NCBI GenBank assembly: GCA_044229975.1
Contig: JBGARZ010000020.1
Location: 108,036 to 172,035 of the forward strand
DNA length: 64,000 nucleotides
Direction of reading: 5' to 3'
From: Polyangiales bacterium
GTDB taxonomy: Bacteria > Myxococcota_A > Polyangia > Polyangiales > Ga0077539
Shown: one piece after another, positions 30,189-39,966 of the stretch
How the letters are laid out: each line of letters starts with the position of its first letter
How positions within the stretch are numbered: the stretch's first letter is position 1
Position numbers and translations under genes: made by a program
Notes under the pieces: model-generated
Seen by the model: the letters and a program-made list of their open reading frames with translations, nothing else
Told to the model about the DNA's origin: nothing
The model's database searches: none

Positions 30189-30941
30189 TCAGCCGTTGGA
30201 GAGGCGGGCGAGGTCTTCGTCGGAGAGGTCGAAGTTGGACCAGATGTTCTGCACGTCGTCGTGGTCGTCGAGGTTCTCCATGAGCCGGGTGACGACGTCG
30301 ACGTCGCGGCCGGTGATGGTGACGACGTTCTTGGCGACCATGGCGAGCTGCGCGCTCTTGACGGTGATCTTGGCGGCTTCGAGGGCCTTGCGAACGACGT
30401 CGACGTCGACGTCCGGCGTGATGACGAGCCACTCCTCGCCTTCGTCGGAGATGTCGTCTGCGCCGGCGCCGAGAGCGACGTCGAAGAGCTGCTCTTCGGA
30501 CGCGGCGGTCTTGGCGAGCTTGATGTGTCCCTTGCGCTCGTAGGCCCACGCGGCGGTGCCGCTGGCGCCCATGGTGGCGCCGGCCTTCTCGAAGATCTTG
30601 CGCAGCTCGGCGACGGAGCGGTTGCGGTTGTCGGTGAGGGCATCGACGAGGAAGAGGGTTCCGCCGGGGCCGGTGCCTTCGTAGGTGATCTCCTCGTAGG
30701 AGACGCCTTCGATCTCGCCGGTGCCGCGCTTGATGGCCTTGGTGATGTTGTCACCGGGCATGTTTTCGGCGCGTGCGGCGTCGACGGCGGTGCGAAGCCG
30801 GGGGTTGGCGTTGGGGTCACCGCCACCCATGCGGGCGGCGACGGTGACCTCCTTGATGAGCTTGGTCCAGACCTTCCCGCGGCGCGCGTCGGCCGCGCCC
30901 TTCTTGTGCTTGATGGTTGCCCACCGCGAATGCCCGCTCAT
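30189..30941 (-). CDS. yebC: YebC/PmpR family protein
   Basis: MSGHSRWATIKHKK, YEGTGPGG, LTDNRNR, DHDDVQNIWSN. Confidence 0.96.
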   Translation of the reverse strand: MSGHSRWATIKHKKGAADARRGKVWTKLIKEVTVAARMGGGDPNANPRLRTAVDAARAENMPGDNITKAIKRGTGEIEGVSYEEITYEGTGPGGTLFLVDALTDNRNRSVAELRKIFEKAGATMGASGTAAWAYERKGHIKLAKTAASEEQLFDVALGAGADDISDEGEEWLVITPDVDVDVVRKALEAAKITVKSAQLAMVAKNVVTITGRDVDVVTRLMENLDDHDDVQNIWSNFDLSDEDLARLSNG

Positions 30942-31091
30942 GTCGATCGTCTCCCAGCGTCGCCCGTCGGTGTTGTGAGGGCGCGAATTGTCGTCGGTCG
31001 GGCCCACGCGAGCCCGCGCGAAGGCGACGGAAACTACCCGAGCCGGGCGTCGGCTGACAAGCGACGGGCGGAAGAGGGCGCGAGAAAGTCG

Positions 31092-31120
31092 TTGACAGGT
31101 TGAGACAAGGCGGGCATACA
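31092..31120 (+). promoter_or_regulatory. Putative sigma70 promoter of tRNA-Leu
   Basis: TTGACA at 31092, 17-bp spacer, weak -10 CATACA, shortly upstream of the tRNA. Confidence 0.5.
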
Positions 31121-31133
31121 CCGCGTCCCCGTC

Positions 31134-31215
31134 GCGAGGATGGCGGAATTGGCAGACGCACTAGCTTGAGGTGCTAGCGAGTAACATCGTGGGGGTTCAA
31201 GTCCCCCTCCTCGCA
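31134..31215 (+). tRNA. tRNA-Leu (anticodon GAG); CCA not encoded
   Basis: Acceptor GCGAGGA/TCCTCGC plus discriminator A, D loop GGAATTGGCAGAC, anticodon arm CTAGC-TTGAGGT-GCTAG, long variable arm, T arm GGGGG-TTCAAGT-CCCCC. Confidence 0.97.
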
Positions 31216-31220
31216 CTCTA

Positions 31221-31255
31221 GAAGGCCTCGAAACTCCAAAGGTTTCGGGGCCTTC
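31221..31255 (+). terminator. Hairpin after the tRNA, possibly bidirectional
   Basis: GAAGGCCTCGAAAC / GTTTCGGGGCCTTC 14-bp stem (one G-U), followed by a T-rich tract. Confidence 0.7.
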
Positions 31256-31263
31256 GTCATTTT

Positions 31264-31288
31264 GTTCACCCAAACGGTTCACCCAAAC
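31264..31288 (+). repeat. Direct repeat GTTCACCCAAAC x2, putative integrase arm-type sites
   Basis: Exact 12-mers at 31264 and 31277 near the tRNA end, overlapping the integrase stop. Confidence 0.6.
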
Positions 31289-32591
31289 CTCTGGGCAGGG
31301 GCAGCCGGAACCGCCTCGGGATGAGCTTGAGCTTCCGCATCTCGGCGCACTGCCGCTCCCAGCTCGGGACCGCGTACAGGTGCCGGGCGGTCTGGCTCGA
31401 CGGGGCGTGCGTCCACCGGGCGGCGACGTTCTCCTCCATGCCGGCGTCCGCGCAGAGCGACGCGAGGGTGTGACGGAGGTCATGGATGCGGTGACCCTTG
31501 ATCCCGCACGCCTCCAGGTCGCGCTGGAGGGCGTCCCACACCGCCTGCTGCCAGAGGGGGCCGCCAGCGCCCACGCGCGTCCCGCGCCGTCGCCCTGTTC
31601 CCGCGCGCACGGGCACGAGGAAGTCGGTGGGCGTCGGCGCGGCCCCGTACTCGGCCAGCCACCCCTCGCCCGCCCACCAGTCGAGCACCACGCGCAGGAG
31701 CGGGTGCTCGGGGACCTCGCGGCAGTTCTCCGTCTTCAACGGCGTGACCTCCCGCGTCCGGTGGTGGATCTGGCGGGCGATGGACACGCGCCGGAGCAGC
31801 GGCGTCTCTTCGTCGAGCAGGTCACACCATCGGAGCGCGACGGACTCGGACACACGCGCGCCGGTGAGCAGCAACAAGAACCACATCACCATCCAGCGCG
31901 GTTCGATCGACGGCTCGCCGAGCAACACCTCCACATCGCAGCGCGGCATCCGATAGTCGCGGCGAGCGATGGGGTCCGCGTCGATTGCCTGCGGGCGGAT
32001 GTCGCTCGGGAGCACGGCCGTCGGGTCCTGCACGAGCAGCTTGTGGAACACAGCGCCACGGAGGGCGCGCGCCACGGGGTCGAGGGTGTTGCGGACGGTG
32101 CGCGGCGCGGGTGCGCTCTTGGCGCGTGCCGTCTTGCGCCCGCGCACCAGTTCGAGCCACCGCGCGATGTGCTGCGGGTCCACCTTCGCCACGGACAACG
32201 TTCCGAGGCTCCACCCGTCGGGCGCGGCCAGGGCGAGCGCCGCAACGGTGCGACGACGGTCCTTCGCGGCCTCGGGGTAGGTCTGCTTCGAGAGCCAGTC
32301 GTCGCACCAGCTCGCGACGGTCATCTCTGCCGAAGGCGGCGGAGCAACGGGTTCGCGTGCATCGGGTGCCCAGCTCCCTTCGTCGTACCGCTCCTGGAGG
32401 CGGTGGGCGTACCGCTTCGCGTAGCCCTCGTCGGCGCGCGTGGTGCCGGTGACCGGCTCACCCTCGCGGGTGACCGGATGCTCCAGGCGGGGCGACCGAC
32501 GATCAAGCCCCTTGGGCTCGCGGGAGAGAGTGATGCGCGCGTACCACCGGCCCTTACGGTGGACGGCGCTGCCAGTGCGTGGGCGGGCCAT
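31266..32591 (-). CDS. Tyrosine recombinase/integrase
   Basis: TGARVSE (R), PLKT (K), HDLRH, WTH, HLY catalytic pattern; N-terminal arm-binding-like GRWYARI. Confidence 0.92.
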   Translation of the reverse strand: MARPRTGSAVHRKGRWYARITLSREPKGLDRRSPRLEHPVTREGEPVTGTTRADEGYAKRYAHRLQERYDEGSWAPDAREPVAPPPSAEMTVASWCDDWLSKQTYPEAAKDRRRTVAALALAAPDGWSLGTLSVAKVDPQHIARWLELVRGRKTARAKSAPAPRTVRNTLDPVARALRGAVFHKLLVQDPTAVLPSDIRPQAIDADPIARRDYRMPRCDVEVLLGEPSIEPRWMVMWFLLLLTGARVSESVALRWCDLLDEETPLLRRVSIARQIHHRTREVTPLKTENCREVPEHPLLRVVLDWWAGEGWLAEYGAAPTPTDFLVPVRAGTGRRRGTRVGAGGPLWQQAVWDALQRDLEACGIKGHRIHDLRHTLASLCADAGMEENVAARWTHAPSSQTARHLYAVPSWERQCAEMRKLKLIPRRFRLPLPRGLGEPFG

Positions 32592-32602
32592 CGGGCGGCA
32601 CC

Positions 32603-32938
32603 TTAGCGGACGGAACGGCCAGACGCCGGTCGGTTGTCGATCTCTTCGTCGAGGTCCAGTTGATTGGCGGCACGCGCGCGGCGGACTCCGACGGTGGGCA
32701 TGCGCTCGACCGCAGCGTCAACCGCAGCGGGCTCGACCCAAGTGTCACGGTGGTTGTCCTCGCGAAGGGAGACCGCTCGGGCAAGACACCACGCGCGAAA
32801 GGCACGGGTCGAACTGAAGCCACGACGGCTCGCCTCCGCCTCGATCCGTCGCCAGCGCGGAGCCTCCTGTAGCGGTGCCAGATCCCTGATGATGATGGCC
32901 ACCGCGTCGCGTAGCGGGTCAGCCACGGTCGCCTTCAA
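32603..32938 (-). CDS. Small basic protein, possible excisionase/HTH
   Basis: Immediately upstream of the integrase; EASRRGFSSTRAFRAWC...TWVEPAAVDA resembles MerR-like xis folds. Confidence 0.45.
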   Translation of the reverse strand: MKATVADPLRDAVAIIIRDLAPLQEAPRWRRIEAEASRRGFSSTRAFRAWCLARAVSLREDNHRDTWVEPAAVDAAVERMPTVGVRRARAANQLDLDEEIDNRPASGRSVR

Positions 32939-33100
32939 CGGGTGATCGGTCGCGGATCACAGAAGCCGCTGCGTCACTCGCGAACATGGAGGGCAGAGCA
33001 CCACGAGGCCCTCCTTGGATGGCTCGCGGTTCCTTGGCGCGGCTTGCTTGAAATGGGGTCACGAGACCTTTACGCCCTCAGCGCGGGTGGGCCAGACGAT

Positions 33101-36100
33101 TTACGACGCGAGGGTGACCGCGACGGGAGAGGTGGCGTCGAGGACCGCTTCCAATTGCGCCATGGCCTCATCGGTCAGGTCAGAGAATGCCTTCGGTCGT
33201 CCCTCACGATCGGGGTGAAGAATGTGTTGTGTCCGATGTTCCGACCACCGGAGGGCATGGTCGGCCTGGGCTCCAGCCACGTAGAACCGTCGTTGCCCAC
33301 CGACCTTCGACTCCCGAAGCTCGACTCCGAAATGCTCCAGTGTGACCCGCACCAACCGGATCTGATCCCGATCGATGTCTGCCCGGACGACGATTCCCAA
33401 GGTCTCCAAGATCCGACGGTGGCGCTTGGCGTATGCGGCCACGCGGCCATCCGTGTGAACTTCCGTCGCGGCCCCCCATATTGTCGGGTCACGCGGGAGA
33501 CCTGCCGCATTGAGGATGTCCCCCCATGCGACGCAGTGAAGGTAGGAGAAGCTCGCGTGCGACGCGGGCACCCCTTGGCTCCGTTCTCGCCGGTCCATAG
33601 CCTTGACCGCGTCGGGATCGGTCACGAAGGCCCGGTACTTTGCGAACGCCCGCACCCGCGACGCGAGCTTGGTGTCTGCCACCTCGTTGACGGTCACACC
33701 AGGACCCAACAACTCCCGTGCTCGGTATTTCCGAATGGCGTCGGCGTCCTCCGGCGAGAGGTCGGTGCCGTCCAGCGCGTCGGCCTCGGTGTGCATCAGA
33801 TCACGGGCGGACCAGATCCGACGGGCCTCGGCCTCGCGTACCCGTGCCGCGGTGTCCTTGTGGAACTTCGTGACCTCTCGGCGTTGGCTCTGATCCAGGA
33901 CGCCCGAGGCCTCCAGCGTGGCGGCGTCCTCGGTCTCGGTAACGCCCGCTCCCTGACCTCGCAGATACGCCAGCAGCGCCCATCGACGGTCGCCGCCCGG
34001 GCCGCCGGTGCGACGCTCATAGGACAACACTTCCGCGTAGAGCCGGTTGTGGTCCGTACGCCAAGGATCACGGACGGCTGCCCCGTCGTGATAGACGATC
34101 TCGTCCACCACATGCTGTTGCACCGTGACCACCCCATCGGGGGAAAGCACGCGAACCGTCGTGTCCCCGGCGGCCAACAGCCCGTCGTAGATCCGCTGGG
34201 GGTCCGTCTCACGGGTCCCGCGTTGGCCTGGGGGGCAGTGAATCCGCACTTCGGTCGAACGAGGATGACGGACGCGGTGAGCTGCCTGGAGAAGGTCGTG
34301 GACGGTGCCGACGCCCTCGGCGGAGTAGACGTAGATCTGGTCGTAGTGGTCACGAACCGTGATGCTGAATCCCGAGCCCAACGTGGCCGTGTAGATGAGG
34401 GCGTCGTACGGGATCAACGGGTCGTTGAGGAACGCCTTGACCCTCGGGTCGGCGCGGACGGTCGTCGAGTTGATGAGCAACACGGAGGCTTCGGGGCGAA
34501 CCCGGAGGAGTTCATCCCGGAGCCACCCGACATCCATCGGCGGATCTTTCAGTTGCGTGCCCTTCACCGTGCTCTGGCGTTTCGACTGGCAATGAACGAC
34601 GAGGCGCTTCCCCGCGGCCCAATCGAGAAGAAGATCCCGGTCGGTCAAGGCCCGTACGGAGTCCACCCGATACGTGAACATCGGGATCGCAGGCAAGCAT
34701 CGCAATTCTTGATCGCGAGCGTCGTCGGGGTCGATTCCGAGAAGCTCCCGTGCAAGGCGGAAGGACCACGGATCGAGGTCGGCGTCCGCGATCACCACCT
34801 GTTCTGCGTTCTCGCAGAGACCTCGCAGTTGCCGGTGAACAGCCTCCGACTGAGGTCCTGAGAGCGTGGCACTGAAAAGGTGTCTGAGCGCCTGGGTGAA
34901 CTCGTCCAACACCACGAGGGCCGGGCGGATCGGCACCACGGTCCCGTCGGGTGTGGTGGTGCATGAGACGATCCGAAGCACCGAGTCCAGGCAGACGGCG
35001 AGGTCGCCCTCGACCCGGCGGGGTACACCGGGGTCCAGATAGCAGATCACCTGAAACCTCTGTGCCGCCTGCTGGGCGATGGTCTGGCGGTGGCTGATCA
35101 CCAGCACCGAGCCGGTGGCTCCCGAGGCACGGACCGCGTCGATGGCCCTTCGAATGACCTCGGTCTTCCCGGTGCCCTTGTCCGCGTGGAACCCGGTGAG
35201 GCGTGCCCGCAGTGGCTCGTACGGCAGATACCGACCCTCCACGAGCTCGTCGGCCCGATACACCCGCAGTCCCCCGACGGCTTCGAGGTCCCGCATGAGG
35301 GAGTTCCGAGAGGTGTTTTCGACGCCCGAGGGGGGGGTCGCACAATGGTCTCTTCTATTATTGTTGACACCATTTGTGCGACCCCCCCTAACTCCTTTGA
35401 GTGACACAGCATTTTCGGCTTCCGCCGCTTCTGTGCGCCCCCCCTTGGTCGCCGCCGCCGAGGGGCACCTCGAAGATCCCGGTGGCCGTCTCTCGAATCC
35501 CTCTGGGAACCCGTCGCGGTGCCAGAAACTCGTGTTGAGCTTCCACGACCGAAGCCACACGCGGCCATCGGCGTCGTGCCGAAGGACGCACGAACTCCCA
35601 TCGAGGTAGGTTTCGCCAGCCCGGCGCGGTTCCACTTGCCACGGGTTGCCGATGGGGCTGAACTCCGACCCCACAGGCACGTTCCCACGGGTCCACGTCA
35701 GGAGGTCAACGCCCGCCGTCGGGTGGAGCACCTGCGAGAAGTCCACGGTCACGTTCGCCCAAGAAGCAGCGCCGCTCCCCTTGCCCGTCGTGGTGTCCCG
35801 GACCTTCGACGCCCGTCGCATCTTCGCAGCGATGTCGCCGGGCACGGGCAGCGACGGCCATCGGGCCCGGTGAGACGGCTTGTCCACGGCCATGACCGTC
35901 TCTGCTTCGGACAGAATCGGCGCGAGGTCGAGGAGGGTGTCCGCAGCCTCGCCGCACCCACGAGCAGGCGGAACCCCGCCCCAATCACCTTCGCCCGCGA
36001 TTCGGGATGCGGGGTGCGACGGCAGGTAGAAGAGCCGCCCGTCCATCGCACGGGAGTCACAGGAGGGTTCCCCTGGTTTCACGGAGTCGAGGGGCAGACC

Positions 36101-36682
36101 CGCATCGATCAACTTCCGCCGCCCCCACCACCACGCCCGACAGGCGTCCTCGAAGGTAGTCGGTGCGGCGAGCAAGAGCACCACTCGAACGGATGCGTAC
36201 CCGTCTTTGCACGACCACGTCGTCCAAACCAGACGGCGGAGGCCGATGAAGGCCCTGTTGATGATATCCGACACGTCCTGGACAGAGAGCCCAACTGCGT
36301 CGAGATCGAAGGGGAGCATCACCCAGAGAGCCTGCTGGCATGAGACACCCCGTTTGGCACCGTTCGGGAGGCGATATGGTAGAACGCCCCGGGCGCACTC
36401 CTTCATCTTCAGGGGGTTCTTCTTCGTATGGGCTTTGTCTGCCCATGTGAACCTGTCCTTCTTGTTCGCGATAGCCTGTGGGAACAGAAGGGCTCGTACC
36501 GAGAGCCCCCAACCCTGCGGGGAAACGTCGATCACGACGTGATCCACTCGCCGCGGACACTCCATTCTTGGTGCGATATCGAGGACGACTTCGACGGCTT
36601 CGTTCGCATTGGAAGGACTATCGTTTGTGGTATTGTGAGTTGTCACGTCGTTGGTCCTTGCGAGCCCCGCCCTTGTCGCCAA
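33101..36682 (-). CDS. Replication protein: primase-polymerase-like N-terminus plus UL9/CyRepA1-type SF2 helicase
   Basis: FDLD...WTTWS...VRVVLLL...RLFYLP (AEP-like); HADKGTGKT, VISHRQTIA, VLDEF, ADADL, IYTATLGSGFSI, QAAHRVR (SF2). Start uncertain. Confidence 0.75.
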   Translation of the reverse strand: MATRAGLARTNDVTTHNTTNDSPSNANEAVEVVLDIAPRMECPRRVDHVVIDVSPQGWGLSVRALLFPQAIANKKDRFTWADKAHTKKNPLKMKECARGVLPYRLPNGAKRGVSCQQALWVMLPFDLDAVGLSVQDVSDIINRAFIGLRRLVWTTWSCKDGYASVRVVLLLAAPTTFEDACRAWWWGRRKLIDAGLPLDSVKPGEPSCDSRAMDGRLFYLPSHPASRIAGEGDWGGVPPARGCGEAADTLLDLAPILSEAETVMAVDKPSHRARWPSLPVPGDIAAKMRRASKVRDTTTGKGSGAASWANVTVDFSQVLHPTAGVDLLTWTRGNVPVGSEFSPIGNPWQVEPRRAGETYLDGSSCVLRHDADGRVWLRSWKLNTSFWHRDGFPEGFERRPPGSSRCPSAAATKGGRTEAAEAENAVSLKGVRGGRTNGVNNNRRDHCATPPSGVENTSRNSLMRDLEAVGGLRVYRADELVEGRYLPYEPLRARLTGFHADKGTGKTEVIRRAIDAVRASGATGSVLVISHRQTIAQQAAQRFQVICYLDPGVPRRVEGDLAVCLDSVLRIVSCTTTPDGTVVPIRPALVVLDEFTQALRHLFSATLSGPQSEAVHRQLRGLCENAEQVVIADADLDPWSFRLARELLGIDPDDARDQELRCLPAIPMFTYRVDSVRALTDRDLLLDWAAGKRLVVHCQSKRQSTVKGTQLKDPPMDVGWLRDELLRVRPEASVLLINSTTVRADPRVKAFLNDPLIPYDALIYTATLGSGFSITVRDHYDQIYVYSAEGVGTVHDLLQAAHRVRHPRSTEVRIHCPPGQRGTRETDPQRIYDGLLAAGDTTVRVLSPDGVVTVQQHVVDEIVYHDGAAVRDPWRTDHNRLYAEVLSYERRTGGPGGDRRWALLAYLRGQGAGVTETEDAATLEASGVLDQSQRREVTKFHKDTAARVREAEARRIWSARDLMHTEADALDGTDLSPEDADAIRKYRARELLGPGVTVNEVADTKLASRVRAFAKYRAFVTDPDAVKAMDRRERSQGVPASHASFSYLHCVAWGDILNAAGLPRDPTIWGAATEVHTDGRVAAYAKRHRRILETLGIVVRADIDRDQIRLVRVTLEHFGVELRESKVGGQRRFYVAGAQADHALRWSEHRTQHILHPDREGRPKAFSDLTDEAMAQLEAVLDATSPVAVTLAS
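35331..35445. other. Candidate replication origin inside the rep gene
   Basis: Perfect 15-bp inverted repeat (35331-35345 / 35374-35388) around a 28-bp AT-rich spacer; third degenerate box at 35432-35445. Confidence 0.55.
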
Positions 36683-36777
36683 ACAAGGGGGCGGGGCATC
36701 GCCTTTTGGGGGTTATGGGTTCATCTGGATGAGCGTTCGGTTGTCCGCGAGAGGGCACCGCCACCGCGCCACACGCC

Positions 36778-36996
36778 TCATGGCGTCCCCTCGATGAGCC
36801 TCTCGACCGCGAGCACATCCACCCTCACGGCCCGACCCAGACGGAGCGGGGCGATGCCCAGCCGACGAAGGGTTCTCTCGACCGTTCGCGGGCTGCACTT
36901 CCACCTCGCGGATGCCTGCTCGACCGTCATCCACAGGCGGTCGGTGTTCGGGGCCTGGGAGGGGGACGAGGGGGGTGTCGGGACGGGTGTGGTCAT
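36778..36996 (-). CDS. HTH_17/excisionase-like DNA-binding protein
   Basis: WMTVEQASARWKCSPRTVER...LRLGRAVRV; RBS GGAGG before ATG 36996. Confidence 0.75.
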   Translation of the reverse strand: MTTPVPTPPSSPSQAPNTDRLWMTVEQASARWKCSPRTVERTLRRLGIAPLRLGRAVRVDVLAVERLIEGTP

Positions 36997-37493
36997 CGGC
37001 TTGCTCCTCCAAGGGCGCGCCGATAGGCCAAGTACCGAGGGGACGGCCCCGGACGGCGCGCGGTGCCGTGCGTTCGTCGCGGGTGCGTCGGGTGAAGGGG
37101 AGTCGGTGCGGGTCATGAACCCTTTACGCACTCGACGTGGGGGGACGGTCGAATTCGTCCTCCATCTGAACCGACATCGACTCGGTGGTCTTGAAACGTG
37201 ATTTCGTCCCGCCGGGACTACTCGGGGGACGTCGGGGGGACGACAGACGCCCTGGGGGCATCAGGCAAAAGGGGGGTTTGCAGGGGTTTAGTGACCTTTT
37301 CGAGGTGGCTCCCCCCGGTTCATAAGAACCGCAAAGATAAGTTCCGACCCCCCCGGTCCTACCCCCAAAAGGCTCTATCGATCCGGCAAGGATTTTCTGA
37401 GGGCCTTGGCTTCAATGGGGTTCGGCCTGCCTTCACCGCAGCCTGCCCCGCGCCCGGCCTCGGGGAGGTTCCGTGGGAATCGGCAGGGCGGCA

Positions 37494-37559
37494 GTCGATC
37501 TCGCTAAACACCGCCCCGCGAGAGTTGTGAGGAGGTGGGAGGGGAACGGCTCGCTGACC
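37494..37559 (+). promoter_or_regulatory. Conserved motif copy 1: TCGCTAAACACC-N8-AGAGTTG...GGGGAACGG
   Basis: Three copies with identical spacing; this copy is upstream of the AAA ATPase. Confidence 0.65.
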
Positions 37560-37609
37560 CATTGTGGGCAGGAGTGTCGTCGCCTCATCCCCACCGAAAA
37601 CAACGACCT

Positions 37610-38752
37610 ATGACCACGACCCTCACATCCAACGGCACGCTCGGCCCCACCCTCGACGCGACCAACCTCGCCACCGTGCTGGGCCACGTCCTTGAGGCGA
37701 ACGCCCTGGCGACCGCCTACTGTGAGCTCCCGACGCCCGTGTGCATCTGGGGCCCGCACGGCATCGGCAAGACCGCCCTCGTGAGGGAGCTCGCTCGCAC
37801 CCGGGGTTGGGGCTTCGTCGTCGTAGCACCGGCACAGATCGAGGAGCTCGGGGACCTCCATGGTCTGCCCACGCGCATCGACGGCGGGACCGGCGAAGCC
37901 AAGGACGGGCGCACGGGCTTCCTGCCGCCCACCTGGGTCCCGACCCAGAAGGGCCCCGGCATCCTCCTGTTGGACGATTTGAACCGCGGGGACGTTCGCG
38001 TGTTGTCCGCCCTCATGCAGCTCCTCCAGACGCACCGCCTGTACTCCTGGTCGTTGCCTCCCGGATGGCAGATCGTCTGCACCGCGAACCCGGACAGCGG
38101 GTCGTACGCCGTGACGCCGATGGACGACGCGATGCTCACCCGGATGGTGCACTTCACGATGACCTTCGACGCGAGGGTCTGGGCGCGGTGGGCCCACGAC
38201 GCCGGGATCGACCCCCGCTGCATCGAGTTCGTGACGACGTACCCCGAGGCTGTTCTTGGTCGGCGTACGACGCCCCGCACGCTGGTGCAGTTGTTCCGCC
38301 TCGTCGCCCCGATCCGCGACTTCAACAGCGCCCGCGAGCTCGTCTCCAGGCTCGCGCATTCGACCCTCGACGTTGGTACCGCGGCGTCGTTCGTGAGCTT
38401 TGTCTGTGTCGAACAACACCAGCTCGCCACCGCCAAGGACATCCTCGACGCCGCCACCCCTGCGGACGCGCGCAAGCACATCATCAACGCCGCGACCGAC
38501 CACACTCAGGGAGGGCGGCTTCGCATCGACCGTGTGGGGCTGGTGATCGCTCGCATCGAAGAGGTGATCGAGGCCGACGACTACACCCCCGGCCCCCGGC
38601 ACCCGGCCAATCTCTCGGCCCTACTCGCGAGCGCGGAGGTGCCGCGGGACATGGCGATGCGCCTGCACCGCGCCCTCGCACGACGGGGCCTCGGGCATCT
38701 CGTGCGAGACCGCGCCGTTGCGAAGCGCCTCCTCAACGAGGGGGCGTCGTGA
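37610..38752 (+). CDS. AAA+ ATPase (MoxR-related, partner of DUF2201-VWA)
   Basis: CIWGPHGIGKT, PPTW, ILLLDDLNRGD, IVCTANP, MDDAMLTR, TPRT. Confidence 0.85.
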   Translation: MTTTLTSNGTLGPTLDATNLATVLGHVLEANALATAYCELPTPVCIWGPHGIGKTALVRELARTRGWGFVVVAPAQIEELGDLHGLPTRIDGGTGEAKDGRTGFLPPTWVPTQKGPGILLLDDLNRGDVRVLSALMQLLQTHRLYSWSLPPGWQIVCTANPDSGSYAVTPMDDAMLTRMVHFTMTFDARVWARWAHDAGIDPRCIEFVTTYPEAVLGRRTTPRTLVQLFRLVAPIRDFNSARELVSRLAHSTLDVGTAASFVSFVCVEQHQLATAKDILDAATPADARKHIINAATDHTQGGRLRIDRVGLVIARIEEVIEADDYTPGPRHPANLSALLASAEVPRDMAMRLHRALARRGLGHLVRDRAVAKRLLNEGAS

Positions 38753-39963
38753 TGGTGGCCCGTGAGCCCGTCACCATCACCGACGATGAGTGCTGCGAGC
38801 TCCTCGCGACCGCGTCGTGGGACCTCGGCCGCAAGCTCCCCTTCTACGGGCACGTCCTCGCCGCGTTCGACCGCGTCGTTGGTGTCTCCGTTCCCACCGC
38901 CGCCGTGGGTGCGGGTCACGAAGGGCAGCCCACGCTCTTCCTCAACCCAACGTTCTTCGGGGCCACGCTGCGACGCGACGAGCACCGCATCGCGGTCCTC
39001 GAACACGAGGTCCTTCACGTGGTCTGCGGCCACTTGCGGTTGAACACCGCCGAGATGCCCGACGCCCGGCGAAGGGCCATCTCGATGGACATCGTGGTCA
39101 ACCAGTACGTTTCGCACCCGCTCCCACGCGGCGCGGTCACCCTCGCGGCGTTCAAGGACTTCCCCGCCGGGCTCACCGTCGAGAGCTACTACCGCCTGTT
39201 GTCCAAGATCCCCGACGAGGAGCTCGCGAGGTTCGGGCGGGACCTTTCCCGCGGGCACAACCGCTGGAGCGACCCTCAAACAGACGAGAGCGGGCAACGG
39301 CTCGTGGACACGCTCGACGAGATCGTCACCGAGGCCCTGCGTCGGGCTGAACGCGATGGGAGCTTCGACTCCCTCGCCAAGCCGCTGCGGCTGTCGCTCT
39401 TGCGGGGTCGTCTCTCTCCCGTGGGTGCCACCGACTGGCGGCGTGCCCTGCGGCTCTTCAGTGCCCGCGCCCTCCGTGCTGGTGTGCGCGCCACCAACCA
39501 ACGGGAGTCCCGCCGCTACGGAGCCTCCACGGGCGACTGGCGGGGTCCAATCGTGCCGGGCCTCCGTCGCGGTCGCAGACCCTCCTTGGCGGTGGCCATC
39601 GACACGTCGGGTTCGATCCCGATCGACACTGTCGGGAGGTTCTACGAGGAGGTCGGGCGCATCGTCGCCGCCGGAGCCACCGTCCACATCATCGAGTGCG
39701 ACCTCGCGGTGCAGCGCACCTACCCGTGGACAGGGGTGCCGCCCACGCACTCCACGGGCGGCGGTGGGACGAACTTCGACCCCGTCTTCCGGTGGCTCAT
39801 CAACGAGGGCCGCCGGTTGAACCTCTCGGGCTGCGTGTACCTCACCGACGGTCACGCCCCGCGCCCTCTTGTACGCCCGCCGGTCCCGGTGCTCTGGGCG
39901 GTCACCGCCAACGGGACGAACGCCAACACGGCCTTCGGGCCGAGCATCTCCCTGCCCGCGTAG
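38752..39963 (+). CDS. DUF2201-type metallopeptidase (HEXXH) plus VWA domain protein
   Basis: VLEHEVLHVV, MDIVVNQ, AVAIDTSGSI, GGGGTNFDPVF, YLTDG; TGATG overlap with the ATPase. Confidence 0.85.
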   Translation: MVAREPVTITDDECCELLATASWDLGRKLPFYGHVLAAFDRVVGVSVPTAAVGAGHEGQPTLFLNPTFFGATLRRDEHRIAVLEHEVLHVVCGHLRLNTAEMPDARRRAISMDIVVNQYVSHPLPRGAVTLAAFKDFPAGLTVESYYRLLSKIPDEELARFGRDLSRGHNRWSDPQTDESGQRLVDTLDEIVTEALRRAERDGSFDSLAKPLRLSLLRGRLSPVGATDWRRALRLFSARALRAGVRATNQRESRRYGASTGDWRGPIVPGLRRGRRPSLAVAIDTSGSIPIDTVGRFYEEVGRIVAAGATVHIIECDLAVQRTYPWTGVPPTHSTGGGGTNFDPVFRWLINEGRRLNLSGCVYLTDGHAPRPLVRPPVPVLWAVTANGTNANTAFGPSISLPA

Positions 39964-39966
39964 TTT

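Noticed and set aside
37741..38751. N-terminal extension of the VWA ORF (740 aa in the track)
   Set aside because: Overlaps the AAA gene out of frame with Arg/Pro-rich nonsense; the likely start is 38749 or 38752.
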